Assembly: GCF_006345805.1 (NCBI RefSeq)
Contig: NC_043012.1
Coordinates: 30,318,001-30,382,000 of the forward strand
Reading direction: 5' to 3'
Length of the DNA stretch: 64,000 bases
Source: Octopus sinensis
Taxonomy: Eukaryota
In this document: positions 1-11,977 of the stretch, piece after piece
Layout of the letters: the number at the start of each line of letters is the position of its first letter
Position numbering within the stretch: position 1 is the stretch's first letter
Made by a program: the position numbers and the translations under genes
Notes under the pieces: model-generated
What the model was told of the DNA's origin: nothing
Database searches by the model: none
The model's input: only the letters and a program-made list of their open reading frames with translations

Positions 1-254
1 ATATATATTAACGCATATCTGAAACGCACATATTAAACGATTTCAAAATATCCCTTTTTTTGCGATAGAAAGATCACCACACACAAGCGCCATCTATATT
101 GAACTGCACAAACGCCTCACAAAATCTGAACTGAGTCCATAGACAAAAAACAAAGAAAACAACGGAGAAAAGGGGTCACACCGATCGTATCCCTTTCATC
201 AGTACAAAAAATATTTTCAATGTGACAACACTACTGGATTGTGGGTGAAACTCA

Positions 255-715
255 AGCTTTGTTGGGGGTTGATAAGTCAGGTGAGTTGTTGGGGCATGCA
301 CCGTTGCAGCGCGTCACAGCATTCACCACTTGTCGGTATATTCCCGGGTCCTCTCAGGCGACCCGTCCCATTTATTTCGTATCTCCGCAAGATACCAGCT
401 TATCTGTTGAGTCGCCAACCCAACTGGATCTGCAGTGAAGAGAACACGATCAGCAGAGTAGAACTCGGAAAATCGATCATCAAGGCCAAACTATCTGAGC
501 CGGCGCTCCCGAAACATGCAAATAACAGGACATATTCCAGTTGCTAAGTAAAGTCATTAGTTGGGTACGAAATCCGACCAACGGCATCTCATAATCCTGC
601 AAAGCATCCTGGCGGCAAAGGATTTCAGGCAGCTGCTAAGCGTCTCAAACAGTGTCCAGGACTCTCAACTATAGAGGAGGACAGGGAGAACCAGAAACCT
701 AAACACCTAGTTGAT
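255..715 (-). mobile_element. Decayed 3' fragment of an RTE-clade LINE (RT C-terminal region)
   Basis: Manual minus-strand translation with several stops: VFRFLVLPVLLYS*ESWTLFETLSSCLKSFAARMLCRIMRCRWSDFVPN...ICMFRERRLR*FG. This resembles the RTE 'LVLPVLLYGCETWTL...WSDFVSN...RERQLRLFGH' motif. Confidence 0.65.
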
Positions 716-1303
716 AGGGTTTCGAGTATTTGTCTGGCTCTAAAAAGAAAGGCCAGTTTTTGAAATACGGTTTTTGCTATGTTGAAGCTATACAATGATG
801 AAATCATTTCTTTGAAAGCATCTTGAGGCTTCTGGTTGCGTGTTATTTGACCGGAAGGAGATGCGATACGTTTGGAGTGATTGTGTCTTTGGGTTGATGA
901 GATTGGCGTGACCCGTTTATATGGTTTGCTTTTTTTAGGTTCTTATTGGTGGACTCAACAGAGATTCAGCGCGATGTGTTTGTGTGGCTGTTTGTGGGTG
1001 GCACTCGGGTATCATAGTACCCGAGGGAGAATACTCGGGCTGTGGGACATTTTAAAATGGAAGTTGCCTTTATTTGATTGACAAGTGTGGAGGGAGTGTG
1101 TGTGTGTGTGCGTGCGTGTGCGTGTAGTCTTTAAAAATTATTTTGACTTTATTTTATGATAATGAAATTGTGTGAGCCTGCTTGGGGTGGGGTGCGTGTG
1201 TGGGTGGAGAAGTTGATGTCATACGATAAATATTTATTTCTTTGATTAGAAAAAGAAACTGTGATTGATAAGTTTGTCACTGAGCCGACATTAAGGTTTG
1301 TCT

Positions 1304-1444
1304 TGTGAAAATGAATTTCATTGAAGCATAAAGATTCTTATAAATATAGATCATACTGAGGTATGGGGGTCTTCAACGACTGGATCCCATAACTTGATCT
1401 ATATTTACAAGAAACTTCAAGCTCCAATGAACTTCATTATCACA
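1304..1444. repeat. Imperfect inverted repeat (old fold-back), arms 1304-1367 and 1386-1444
   Basis: tgtgaaaatgaatttcattgaagc...aaatatagatca...tatggg matches the reverse complement of cccata...tgatctatattt...gctccaatgaacttcattatcaca at roughly 80% identity by eye. Confidence 0.7.
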
Positions 1445-1817
1445 GTCATACCTGTTCAATTACCATACCGCTAACCCACCCACACTCACACAACCCAGAC
1501 AACTGATGACAAATGAAACTTATTAATGTTCGTGTTTCTCTTGTCAAAAATATAAAAAAACAGATATTTATCTTTACGTATCCCGCGCCCCCCCCCCCGC
1601 ACCAAACTAATTCATACAAAATCATTGACATGAAAAGCATTTTTAAAAAGCAAAAGAAAATAGGCCCCCAAAACCGGTCAAAAGGACTACTCACCCCCGC
1701 CCCCAGACATACTCTTCACAACATCCATTTTGAGAAATATCACAGTCTGAAGATTCCTGCACCAGAGAAAACTACTTGTGACGGTGGGTCGTTGAGCTTT
1801 TTGATTTCAGTAGTAGA

Positions 1818-2075
1818 CATACATACATACGTACATACATACTAGATACATACATGCATGCATACATACATACATACATACATACATACTACATACATGC
1901 ATACACATACATACATGCATGCATACATCATACATACATACGTACATACATGCATCATGCACCATCACATACATACATACATACATACATACATACATAC
2001 ATGCAGCTACATACATACATACATGCATAAGCATAACATATATACATACATACATACATACATACATGCACATAC
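1818..2075. repeat. (ATAC)n compound microsatellite
   Basis: Directly visible tandem tetranucleotide; overlapping ORFs (MYVC/HTYI) are artefacts. Confidence 0.95.
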
Positions 2076-2079
2076 ATTT

Positions 2080-2300
2080 AGTAAATGCTTAAAGGATTAT
2101 CTGGATAAACTGGAATTTTCAGAAAGAGAAATCTACCGACTGATTCGTACATTGCAATTGCAATCTGTGAGTGGTACAGTAAAAATATGCGAGACTTTTC
2201 TCAAGCTTCAAATGTGAATTTGTGTTAACTCCATCCCAAAGATGGAGGCCTGTATCTTTGTTGGAAACCAAATCCCTCGTCAGTGGAAGATTTATAATAA
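2080..2300 (+). mobile_element. 3' end of an RLE-type (R4/Dong-related) LINE, family B
   Basis: KCLKDYLDKLEFSEREIYRLIRTLQLQSVSGTVKICETFLKLQM* resembles the C-terminus of the copy at 28290-29400 (TNLEKLGFSKPKRQKLIRRLQIQSI). The 3' UTRs are also similar (gaggcctgtatctttgttggaaacc vs gagccttggatctaggttagaaacc). Confidence 0.55.
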
Positions 2301-3039
2301 TTACAAAATAGAAGAGACATACATATATACATACATAAATATATACATATAGACATATATACTTAGATACATACACATATGCGCACATATATACACATAC
2401 AAACATACATATATTCATATCAAATATGCATACGCACATCCATCCATCCGCATGCATCGAAGTCAGTCACATCGGTAATAAGAACCCTTCATATTCCGCG
2501 TAAAGATTCCTAAAACATTTTATGGTTTCTACAAACCCTGTAAAATCTTGCTTCTCTTTTTCAGACCAATACGAAGAAAATGGACACAGCAATCAAGAGG
2601 TGCAAATCCTCTGAAAGTCAACAGGTAGAATTGCTTCCCCATGCGTCGAGGTTGGTCAAGATTGGGGTCAGTTATCGAAAGTCGCGCAGAACTATTAAGA
2701 GAAATTATACTAAAGATCAGAATTGAACCAAGACCCCAATAAATTACATAAAAAGGCTCGGGAAGACCTGACGAATGTCTTACATGGAGAGAATGAAAAC
2801 GAACTGGACCTAAAATAATCTCAATTCGGGGCCAAACAACTGCGACAAAATACAAACGGTCAGTTACAGGAAATTTCCTTAATAAGCATTTGGCTCAACC
2901 GAAAGAGAGTCTTGAATACGAAACCGGTACTGCCCGATTGCTTATCGCTTTCTTGCCAAGAGTTACTTCCAAAAATGCTTGGAGTAAAAGGAAAAAAAGA
3001 TCTGATTTTACTTATTTCCATATTTCATATTTACTCACA

Positions 3040-3066
3040 CACGCCGGCACGCACATATGCACACAT

Positions 3067-3097
<31 letters not shown>

Positions 3098-3636
3098 CAC
3101 ACACAAACACACACAAACATACACACATACACAAACACACATTCTTTTATTATTTTACTTGTTTGTCCTAAATTATACATACATATATCTACATATATAT
3201 AGATATATGTATAAATTTACATATGAATATATAAACACACATACATATACATGTACAGAAACACACGCGCGCGCGCGAGGATCCCACACATTAAATGAAA
3301 TAGCAGTTGTCATAAGATAGCGCCTCTGTGAACCGAAACGCAATATATTCTGTAAACAACAAACCTATTAAAGAATTCGACAAACTCAGTTCCTTGGGGA
3401 TGTTGGACTGTTCTGTCAATCTTGTTCACACAAAACCCATACTGCAACACACGCACACACACACACACACACACATACATACATACATAAATACATACAT
3501 ACACACACATGCATACATAAGTACGTACAAACATGCATGCATGCATACATATACGTATATGCATATATATATACATATATATATACACACACAACCATAT
3601 ATATATATATATATATATTATATATACATATATATA

Positions 3637-3689
<53 letters not shown>

Positions 3690-3738
3690 GTAGATATATA
3701 GATAGATAGATAGATAGATACACATGCGTATATATCCA

Positions 3739-3776
<38 letters not shown>

Positions 3777-3937
3777 GATATTGTATATTTTTTATATATG
3801 TATATATATGTATGTATATATATATATGTATACGTATATGTATACATATATGTTGTAAGTGTGAGTGTGTGTGAGTGTCGGTGTCTGTATGTGCATGTGT
3901 ATTATATATTATTGAAATACCTGCTGTATACGCAGTA

Positions 3938-3974
<37 letters not shown>

Positions 3975-4190
3975 AATGTATGTATGTATACATACATATA
4001 TATATATAGATACAGATATATGTATATATGTATATGTATATATATATGTATACACATATATATACACACACATATATATACATATATATCTTTATATACA
4101 CATATATATATATATAATATAATGTATATACATATATATATATATATGCGTGTGTGTGCGTGTATGTATATTCATACACCATATTGCGTG
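3040..4190. repeat. Microsatellite field: (CA)n, (TA)n, (ATAC)n, (ATCT)n
   Basis: Directly visible low-complexity tandem repeats. Confidence 0.9.
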
Positions 4191-4496
4191 TGACGTGTTA
4201 TAAATGTGATATGGCATAGCCTATGATATGCGCTGATATCCATTTCTCGAATCAGGGGGCGGAGAAATATGGCGGAGATAAAATGGGAAGAGAATGTGTG
4301 TGGTCTTTAAAGGTGTTAATATATGAAAGAAATCGCAGATCTGTTGTACAGGCTGTACGTCTTCGAATGTTGTGCGTTTGTGTGAGAATGTGTGTATATT
4401 AATATCGATTAATTTACATGTATGTGAGAGTGTATGCATATGTACATAATACACATATATGACATATACGCACACATATTTTTACACATACATAAA

Positions 4497-4754
4497 CATA
4501 TATATATTTATACGTACACACACACACATACACTCACACACGTGTACACGCATACACACATTTTTACACGCATACACCGTGAAAGTTCTTGTGAAATCCA
4601 CCCGTCAATGTCAGTCCTTAATTGTCTTAAAACCCTATAAACCCTGTTTAAGAAGCAGTGGTGCTCAACCATCACTGTTTACAATACAGTCTAATTTAAT
4701 ATCAAAAATTATAATTTGGAATACATATATATACATGCATATATATATACACGC

Positions 4755-4787
<33 letters not shown>

Positions 4788-5360
4788 AATTTAATCATAT
4801 AGGGTGGCAAAAAAATTTTGTAGAATTTTTTTGCCACCAGCGGCCTAGTGGGAAAAAAATTATAGTCCTAGACCATTTTAAGTTCAACATCAACAATCAA
4901 GGAACGGCCATAATAGGCCATTCACCCACTAAAATACAGCCAAAGCTTCAACCGCAAATAAAAATTAATTCCGTAACCAGGAGAATTAAATTTTGAAATA
5001 AAAGTCATCTCCATCATCTCCATACAGGGTAAATGTTTTTTAATTTTCTCCTGGTTTACGGAATTAATTTTTATTTGCGTTGAACTTTGGCTGTTATTTC
5101 TAGTGGGTGAATGGCCTATTATGGCCGTCGCTTGATTGTTGATATATATATATATATATCTATATATTATAATAATCTATATATACGCATATTATATTAT
5201 ATTTGCATATATATATTCGCATATATATAGGGTTTTGAGACAATTAAGGACTGACATTGATGGGTGGATTTCACAAGAACTTTCACGGTGTATGCGTGTA
5301 AGAATGTGTGTATGCATGTACATGTGTGTGTGTGTGTGTGTACGTATAAATATATATATG
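4497..5360. repeat. Nested inverted repeats: outer arms 4497-4639/5226-5360, inner arms 4889-4990/5039-5143
   Basis: Outer: ...ccgtgaaagttcttgtgaaatccacccgtcaatgtcagtccttaattgtc... vs its near-exact reverse complement. Inner: tcaacaatcaag..ggccataataggccattcacccact... vs its reverse complement. Confidence 0.9.
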
Positions 5361-5564
5361 TGTGTATACACACACACAAACACATTGATGTATGGAGAAT
5401 TCATCAAGTATTAGATGGTGTGTTAGCATTGATACATGTTTCGAATCATGCAATTTGTGTGTGAGTTTGTTTGTGTGTGTGTGTGGTGTGTGGTGATGCA
5501 TGTATACGTATGTGTACGCATATCCATACATGGAGGAAAGAACAGAGGGAAAAGAGAAATAGGG

Positions 5565-5602
<38 letters not shown>

Positions 5603-5800
5603 GAGAGAGAGAGAGAGAGAGAAAGAGAAGCACCATTTCGACGCATATGGAATAGACGGACCACCGAAATGTGTGAGCGCGCGTGTAATGTATCTGGGGT
5701 GGAAGATTTGGTGCTTATCTCCACCTCCAGCCCCTCCCATTAAATTGTATCTCTAATAAAATAATGAATCCAGGTGTAATTCGGGTAATGTTTCCTTCAG

Positions 5801-5818
5801 GGCGATAATTGCTATCAG
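5801..5818 (+). other. Candidate 18-nt microexon (GDNCYQ in phase 0 or AIIAI in phase 2)
   Basis: tttccttcag|GGCGATAATTGCTATCAG|gtaaga gives a consensus acceptor and donor, length divisible by 3, in non-repetitive sequence. No transcript evidence. Confidence 0.3.
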
Positions 5819-7238
5819 GTAAGACACAAGCATCAAAAACATGGCGTGTTTATGTGTGTGTAGGTGTTTGGGGGGTAGAGAAAGTAAATGGTGTCGGGGT
5901 TAAATGTGTGTGTTGCAGTGTTTGAGGACTTGCGTATGAAGGGTTGGTAAAGATTAGTTTGTGTGGGAAAATATATCAGTTGTTAATATCAGTGAAGAGA
6001 GATGTGTTTGAACTTTATACCAATAGAAGTATCCTGGGGAATCGAAGTGACAGGTCAAAGATCTGTGAGATCTGGTGCCGTGAATCGGACGTCCATCAAA
6101 TTGTTTTGAAATAAAATTCATCTCCATCATCTCCATAACAATTTCTGACTTTTTACACATTTCCATCCGACATCCAAATGTTGTTTTTAGTAAGAAACGG
6201 TCACGAATATTTTCTTTCTTTTCGTTTCTTATTCAAAATAAAGCTTGACATTTTCCCGTCACGAAATCATTTAGAGTTCTTGTCGTACCATTCTTGGAAC
6301 TATACAAAGCATTCTAGGTGTTGGTCGAAAATGGACGTGGGTACGTATTAGAATAACTCTGCTGCACAACAGATGGTACCATTCTTACTAAGCGTACCTG
6401 CAACCATTTAAATGAACTTTTCCGATGAAAATATATTCAAATCTTAGTTATACATCCAGTTTGGCAGACGAAGAGTTCGCTCTTCGTCTCTGTAGTTTAT
6501 TCTAATTTTCCTACTCATCTATTGTCTGTAACTAACTTTAGAAAACATCTTTGATCTAAATTCACGAATAATACAAACACTGCTCATCCAGTCATCCGGT
6601 GTAAATATATGAGACGTGCCTCCACAAATGTTGGAAATAGAAACATCAAAAATAGAATACTTAATTTTAATTAGATTTTAATCTTTGCTTAATGTTTTGA
6701 TGTGAACATTAACACATATGATGAGAAAAACTGTCTTCATTTTTACGTAAATACATTTTTCTTAAATACACGAGTTTTGCTTAGCAAGAATGACTTTGTC
6801 GCCTGATGTACAGCTGAGATATTCTGTACCTTCGACAATACTTAAACACTGTTTATAGTCACGTGATTGATACATAAATATGATTTTTAATATTTAAAAA
6901 GCATGAGACCTCATTATGAATTATTGTATTTATGAATTTGTTTTTTTATGAAAATATAATTTCTTAATAAAATTTTAGCTAGATTCGAAACTTCACCAAG
7001 TTCTTTACATTGAACACAAAAAAGCAAACACAAAAACAAAAATATTATTACAGCTTCAAAAGAAAAAAAATCGAGCCATTAAAAAACACAAAGAGAAAGA
7101 ATATAATGGAGTTTCTTTACTAAAATATTAAATCAATGAAGTGCGACTATTGGCTCTACAATTATTTTTATATTGAGTCTTCATTGGATTTCTGGTCTCC
7201 ATCATTGAAGAATTTTCACACCACACACACACACACAC

Positions 7239-7279
<41 letters not shown>

Positions 7280-7309
7280 TATATATACATATAGCCCAAG
7301 ATCTTCCAA

Positions 7310-7400
7310 CTTAACGTTCTGGCTTCAATTTCTGCCGAGATCAACTTTGGCCTTTCATCCTTCCGGGTCGGGATCGATAATATACCCTATTAGTGAAGTA
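7310..7400 (+). mobile_element. Degenerate fragment of SINE family B
   Basis: gttctggcttcaatttctgccgagatcaactttggcctttcatccttccgggtcg matches the reverse complement of the copies at 41730-41930 and 63410-63772. Confidence 0.6.
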
Positions 7401-7419
7401 CTGATCTCGGATGCTAACG

Positions 7420-9530
7420 ACTACTTATCTATTTTGGTTAGTTCATTTAGCGTCCAGTTAAGGATATTGTAGCTGTAACTTATTACTGGGACGGCTAAAG
7501 TGTTGATACCTATTATCTTGTTTTTAGCGTTGAGCTCTGTTTTTAGTATTGATCTAACTCGTCTATAGTATTCTTTCTTTATTTTCTCTTTCATTTGTGT
7601 GTGTTGTGTCTTATCTAGTTCATGGATTCCTAAATATTTGTAAGTTTGGCTTTGGTCTAATTCTCTTATTTCATTGGCTTTATCTAGTGTGATGTTGCTA
7701 CTCTTAACTAGTTTTCCTCTTTTCAGAGTTACTTTGGCGCATTTTTCTTATCCAAATTTCATATATATTTCTTTGGTGAATCCATGAACTGTCTTTAGTA
7801 GTGTTTCCAGCTGTTTGTCATTTGTAGCGTATAGTTTTAGGTCATCCATATATAAAAGGTGGCTGATCGTTTTGCCGTGACATTTATGTCCGTATCCAGT
7901 TCTATTTAGCATATCATGTGTCCGCATCCAGTTCTATTTAGCATATCATAGTGACAGTGTCAAGCAGAAAAGGAGTGTAGAGAGCGTGTCTCCCTGGATT
8001 ATTCCTCTTCTAATGGGGATGGCTTTGGTTTTCACGAGTCCCTCTTTTGTTTGGAGCTGTAGCACTGTTCACCATTTATTCATAGAGTGTCCTATGTATT
8101 TTATAATTGTTGGTGCTACTTTGTTAATGGCTAGTGTTTCGAGGATCTATGTGTGGGGGATGCTATCAAACGCCTTTCTGTAGTCGATCCAGGCCATACT
8201 GAGGCCTTTCTTCTTTCTGTGGCTATCTTCAGTTGTGGCTTTATTGATCATTACTTGATCTTTTATAGCCATATGAGCCTTTGCGGCATCCTTTCTGCTC
8301 TTCTGGAAACAGGTTGTTTTCGTCCAGGCGCTTGTTTAATCTTTGTGATATTACTGCAGGGAATGCTTTGTACATTGTAGGGAGACAGGTTATAGGTCTG
8401 TAGTTTTCTGGTTTTGCTGTCTCATTGGATTTGGGGATTAAGATGGTTTTCCCCTTCGTGAGCCATTCAGGCATTGTCTCTGGCTCTGCCAGTATGTTGT
8501 TAAAGTTTTCAACCAGCTTTTTGTGCATTCCTGTCAGATATTTCAACCAGAAGTTGGGGATCTTGTCATGCCCAGGTGCCTTCCAGTTGCTTAGTCTTTG
8601 CAGTGCCTGGGTGACCTCTTCAGTTGTTATGGGGGTCCAAAGTTGTTCAGATGCTGAGTTTGTTGTTTTAATACACTTTTTTTGTTGTTCTTTCGCCGAC
8701 TATATTTCTTTCCAGAATTCTTCTTCTGCCGTTGGTGCTGCAGTGATTTCTATTTTATTTTTGCCAAGTTCTTGGTAGAACTTTTTAGGGTTGGAGTTGA
8801 ACTGTTTGTTTTGTTCAAAGAAACGTTGGCGTTTCTCATACCGGCGGATCCTTTGTGCTTTGGCAAGGATATCTTGCTTTAGCTTTTCTTTTATCTTAGG
8901 TAAATCTTTTTCTGTGATGTATTTGCACAGTATTTTTATCTTCTTTTTGTTGCTTAGTAGCGTTGATTGTCTACTAATTTCATTAAGAATCGACAGATCT
9001 TTTCTCATTTTTTGTATTCTTTTTTTGGATGTTATTTATCCACAGGGTTTGTTTGGGTGGTGGTACTCCTGTTTGGATGGGTTTGAGGGAGTATCCAGCT
9101 TCTTTTGTGGCTGCATATACTAAGTCATTTAGCTCAGTGATATCGCTATTTGTTTCAGTGGCTATTAGTTTTGTGACGGCTAGGTTTATGCTGTTTATAA
9201 TTGATGTTGTTTTTTTTGTCTATTTTCATTTTTGGGAGGTATGGTCGGTGGTCCATTTTGAGATCTGTGTTTCTCAGTTCTTTGATTATTCTACTTTTTA
9301 TAGTATCATAGTCATTAGGCTCCCCTTCGTTGTTTCCAGGTTTTAGATTTGTGTCGCTTTTTTTCTCATTCGTATGTTTGTCTGTCGTGTTTTGGCTTGC
9401 TGCTTGTCGTGCATAATTATGCATCTTTACGGTCTGGGTTTGTTGTTTTTTGTTTATATAGTTTTTGTTGGAAATGTTACATTTGTCTTCGTGTTTTATT
9501 ATCTCAGTGTTTATATTATTTGGCATTGCT
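7420..9530 (-). mobile_element. R4/Dong-like non-LTR retrotransposon, RT-containing fragment (frameshifted, stops, 3' truncated)
   Basis: Joined minus-strand frames give NWKAPGHDKIPNFWLK...PENYRPITCLPTMYK...EEQKGCRKGS...MAWIDYRKAFDSIPH...IRRGIIQGDTLS...HLLYMDDLKLYA...YKYLGI, the canonical RT subdomains including the catalytic YMDD. Confidence 0.9.
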
Positions 9531-9539
9531 GTGTGGCTT

Positions 9540-9608
9540 ATTATTGTTATTATTATATTATTATTATTATTATTATTATTATTTATTATTATTATTATTA
9601 TTATTTAT
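9540..9608. repeat. (TAT)n/(TAA)n tract, the tail of the 9609-10577 LINE
   Basis: Trinucleotide tract directly after the 3' UTR on the minus strand. Confidence 0.9.
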
Positions 9609-10574
9609 GGTTTTTTTCTTCTTCTCATTCAATTTGCTTCCATTTCTTTCCGAGTGTCTTCCCGACTCCTAGGGCAAAGAAACTCATAGTATACATTGGT
9701 AGGCCATTAAACTAAACTCACTAGTTCGTTCATTTTTTTTTGATAGAAATAAAGCTAAATTAAAATACATGGGTAGTAATAGTTCTTACATCGACAATGC
9801 TCTTCTCAATACGTGTGATGTACCAGTTAAGACAATCTTTTGCACTTCTTGCAGGGATGGTAAGCCAGAGATCATTCTCATATCATTTTCGGTTCCCTTC
9901 TTGATCATTCCTAGTGCTCCTACGATCACTGGTATTGTAACCGCCTTGAGATGCCACATTTTCTCAATTTCAATGAGCAGGTCTTTATATTTTCTGAGCT
10001 TGTCAAATTCTTTCGCCGAGATATTATGATCACAGGGGATGCTCATGTCGATCAATAAGCAAACTTTATTGTTTGGGTCTTTCACAACAATATCCGGTTT
10101 ATTGGCTTTGATGGTTCGGTCTGTATGTACTGGAAAGTCCCACAGAACCGTTACATTTTCTCCTTCAGTTACAGCTTCAGGGTGGTGATTATACCACTTG
10201 TCGGCAGTTTTGATATTGTAATGCCAACTTATTAGCCAGTGTAGATATTGGCCAACTCTGTCATGTCTTAATTTATACTCCACTGGTGCTAAGACTTTAC
10301 ATCCAGAGATTAGGTGGTCCACTGTTTCAATCATGTCGTTGCAGAATCGGCATTTTGGGTCTGCTCCATTTTTCATCACATTGGCCTGGTAGTTTCGGGT
10401 TAATAGGCTTTGATCTTGAGCAGCCAGGATGAAACCTTCGCTCTCTGCTTTTAGCCCTGAGCTCCGTAGCCACTGATGGGTTTGCTTCTGGTCAACATCA
10501 GCTTGCTTGCTACGGGCCACATATTTGCCGTGCAGAGGTTTCTCCTCCCACCTATCAGCCAATTGCTCGTGCGC

Positions 10575-10577
<3 letters not shown>
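9609..10577 (-). mobile_element. 5'-truncated R4/Dong-like LINE (family A) with 3' UTR
   Basis: Contains the 258-aa ORF below; flanked by (TAA)n at both ends; 3' UTR shared with the copy at 45140-47730. Confidence 0.9.
9786..10562 (-). CDS. Uninterrupted 258-aa C-terminal part of a LINE ORF: CCHC zinc knuckle plus restriction-like endonuclease (PD..D..K)
   Basis: CRFCNDMIETVDHLISGC (CCHC); VLWDFPVHTDRTIKANKPDIVVKD...LLIDMSIPCD...KLRKYKDL; IPVIVGALG; VQKIVLTGTSHVLRRAL. The start Met is probably an artefact of 5' truncation. Confidence 0.85.
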   Translation of the reverse strand: MADRWEEKPLHGKYVARSKQADVDQKQTHQWLRSSGLKAESEGFILAAQDQSLLTRNYQANVMKNGADPKCRFCNDMIETVDHLISGCKVLAPVEYKLRHDRVGQYLHWLISWHYNIKTADKWYNHHPEAVTEGENVTVLWDFPVHTDRTIKANKPDIVVKDPNNKVCLLIDMSIPCDHNISAKEFDKLRKYKDLLIEIEKMWHLKAVTIPVIVGALGMIKKGTENDMRMISGLPSLQEVQKIVLTGTSHVLRRALSM

Positions 10578-10642
<65 letters not shown>

Positions 10643-10660
10643 CATTATTATTATTATTTG
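10578..10660. repeat. (TAT)n tract at the 5' junction of the Dong-like LINE
   Basis: Directly visible. Confidence 0.95.
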
Positions 10661-11918
10661 CTTTGAAAGGGTGTTAGATTGAGAGAGTCGTTAGAGCACT
10701 GGAAAAATACCTCGTGCCATTTCTTTCGATTCTCTGCGTTGAGTGTTCAAATTCTATTAAGGTCCACTTTTACTTTCATTCCTTCAAAATCGATAAAATA
10801 CCAGTCACCTACTGGGGTAGAGGTAATCAACGATCCACCCTCCCCCTTTTCCTTGGGCCTAAATTAGAAAAACTGTTTATAAAATACATTGACACTCAGA
10901 CATTGTCAAACAGGAATTCACGTGTAAACATACAGGAACAAAAAAGGAGGAGGAAGAGAAGGAGAAGGTGAAGAGGATAGAAGAGAAACAAGATGAAAAG
11001 GAAAGAGGAGAAAAGAAAAAAAGAAAAAAGAGAAGGAGCAGAAGAAGAGAAAACGAAGAGAGAAAAGAGCAAGGTATACAAGGCAAGAATTAGCAAAAAC
11101 AAGAAGAAAGGAGGAAAAGAATTCCGCAGCAAAACAAGATGAAAAAAAATATAAATAAGAGACAAAAGTAGAGGGCGCTACTGTTCCGATGAGAATTGTT
11201 TAATATTGTTAACAAGCTTCTGTTCGACATCTCAAACTCTATCTCACTGACCATCAGAGAAAACTTTTACGCACACACACACAACACACACACACACAAC
11301 ACACACACACACACGCACTTTGTCACCATGTTCATTCGCCTTTTTCCATGCCTCACTCTCACTGTTGGCGGTGTCAGTGTGTGTGAGTGATGGGAAGAGA
11401 TGATTTTCAACACATTCCTGCAATGTTCAACAGAAAATAAATAAAGGGACTGGCAAAGACAAACGAGAGAAAACAGAGATCCAGATGGGAAGGAGGGAGG
11501 GATATATATATAGAGAGAGATAGATAGACAGATAGAAAGATAGATAGAGAGATAGAGAGAGAGAGATAGAGAGAGAGAAAGGGAGAAAGAAATGGATAGG
11601 CAGACAGTCAGCCAAATACATATGGGTGGATGGATAGATATGTTGATGGCTAGATAGATGAATAGATTGCTGTGTGGCGTGAATGGATAGAGTGATAGAC
11701 AGACAGATATATCGATAGATGAATATATAAATCAGTAAATAACACATACATACAGAAACACGTACATATACATACGCCGCATGTGTGTGTGTGTGTGTGT
11801 GTGTCTGCGTGTATTACGTATACGGTATGTAAATACACACACACACACATACATATATATAAACGTTTGGTCATTAGAGAAGAAAATACTAACCATCAGA
11901 AAAATCATTCTTCCATTG

Positions 11919-11977
<59 letters not shown>

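Noticed and set aside
165-205. CTGATGA on the minus strand followed by a short stem
   Set aside because: No GAAA box or stem III follows, so it is not a hammerhead.
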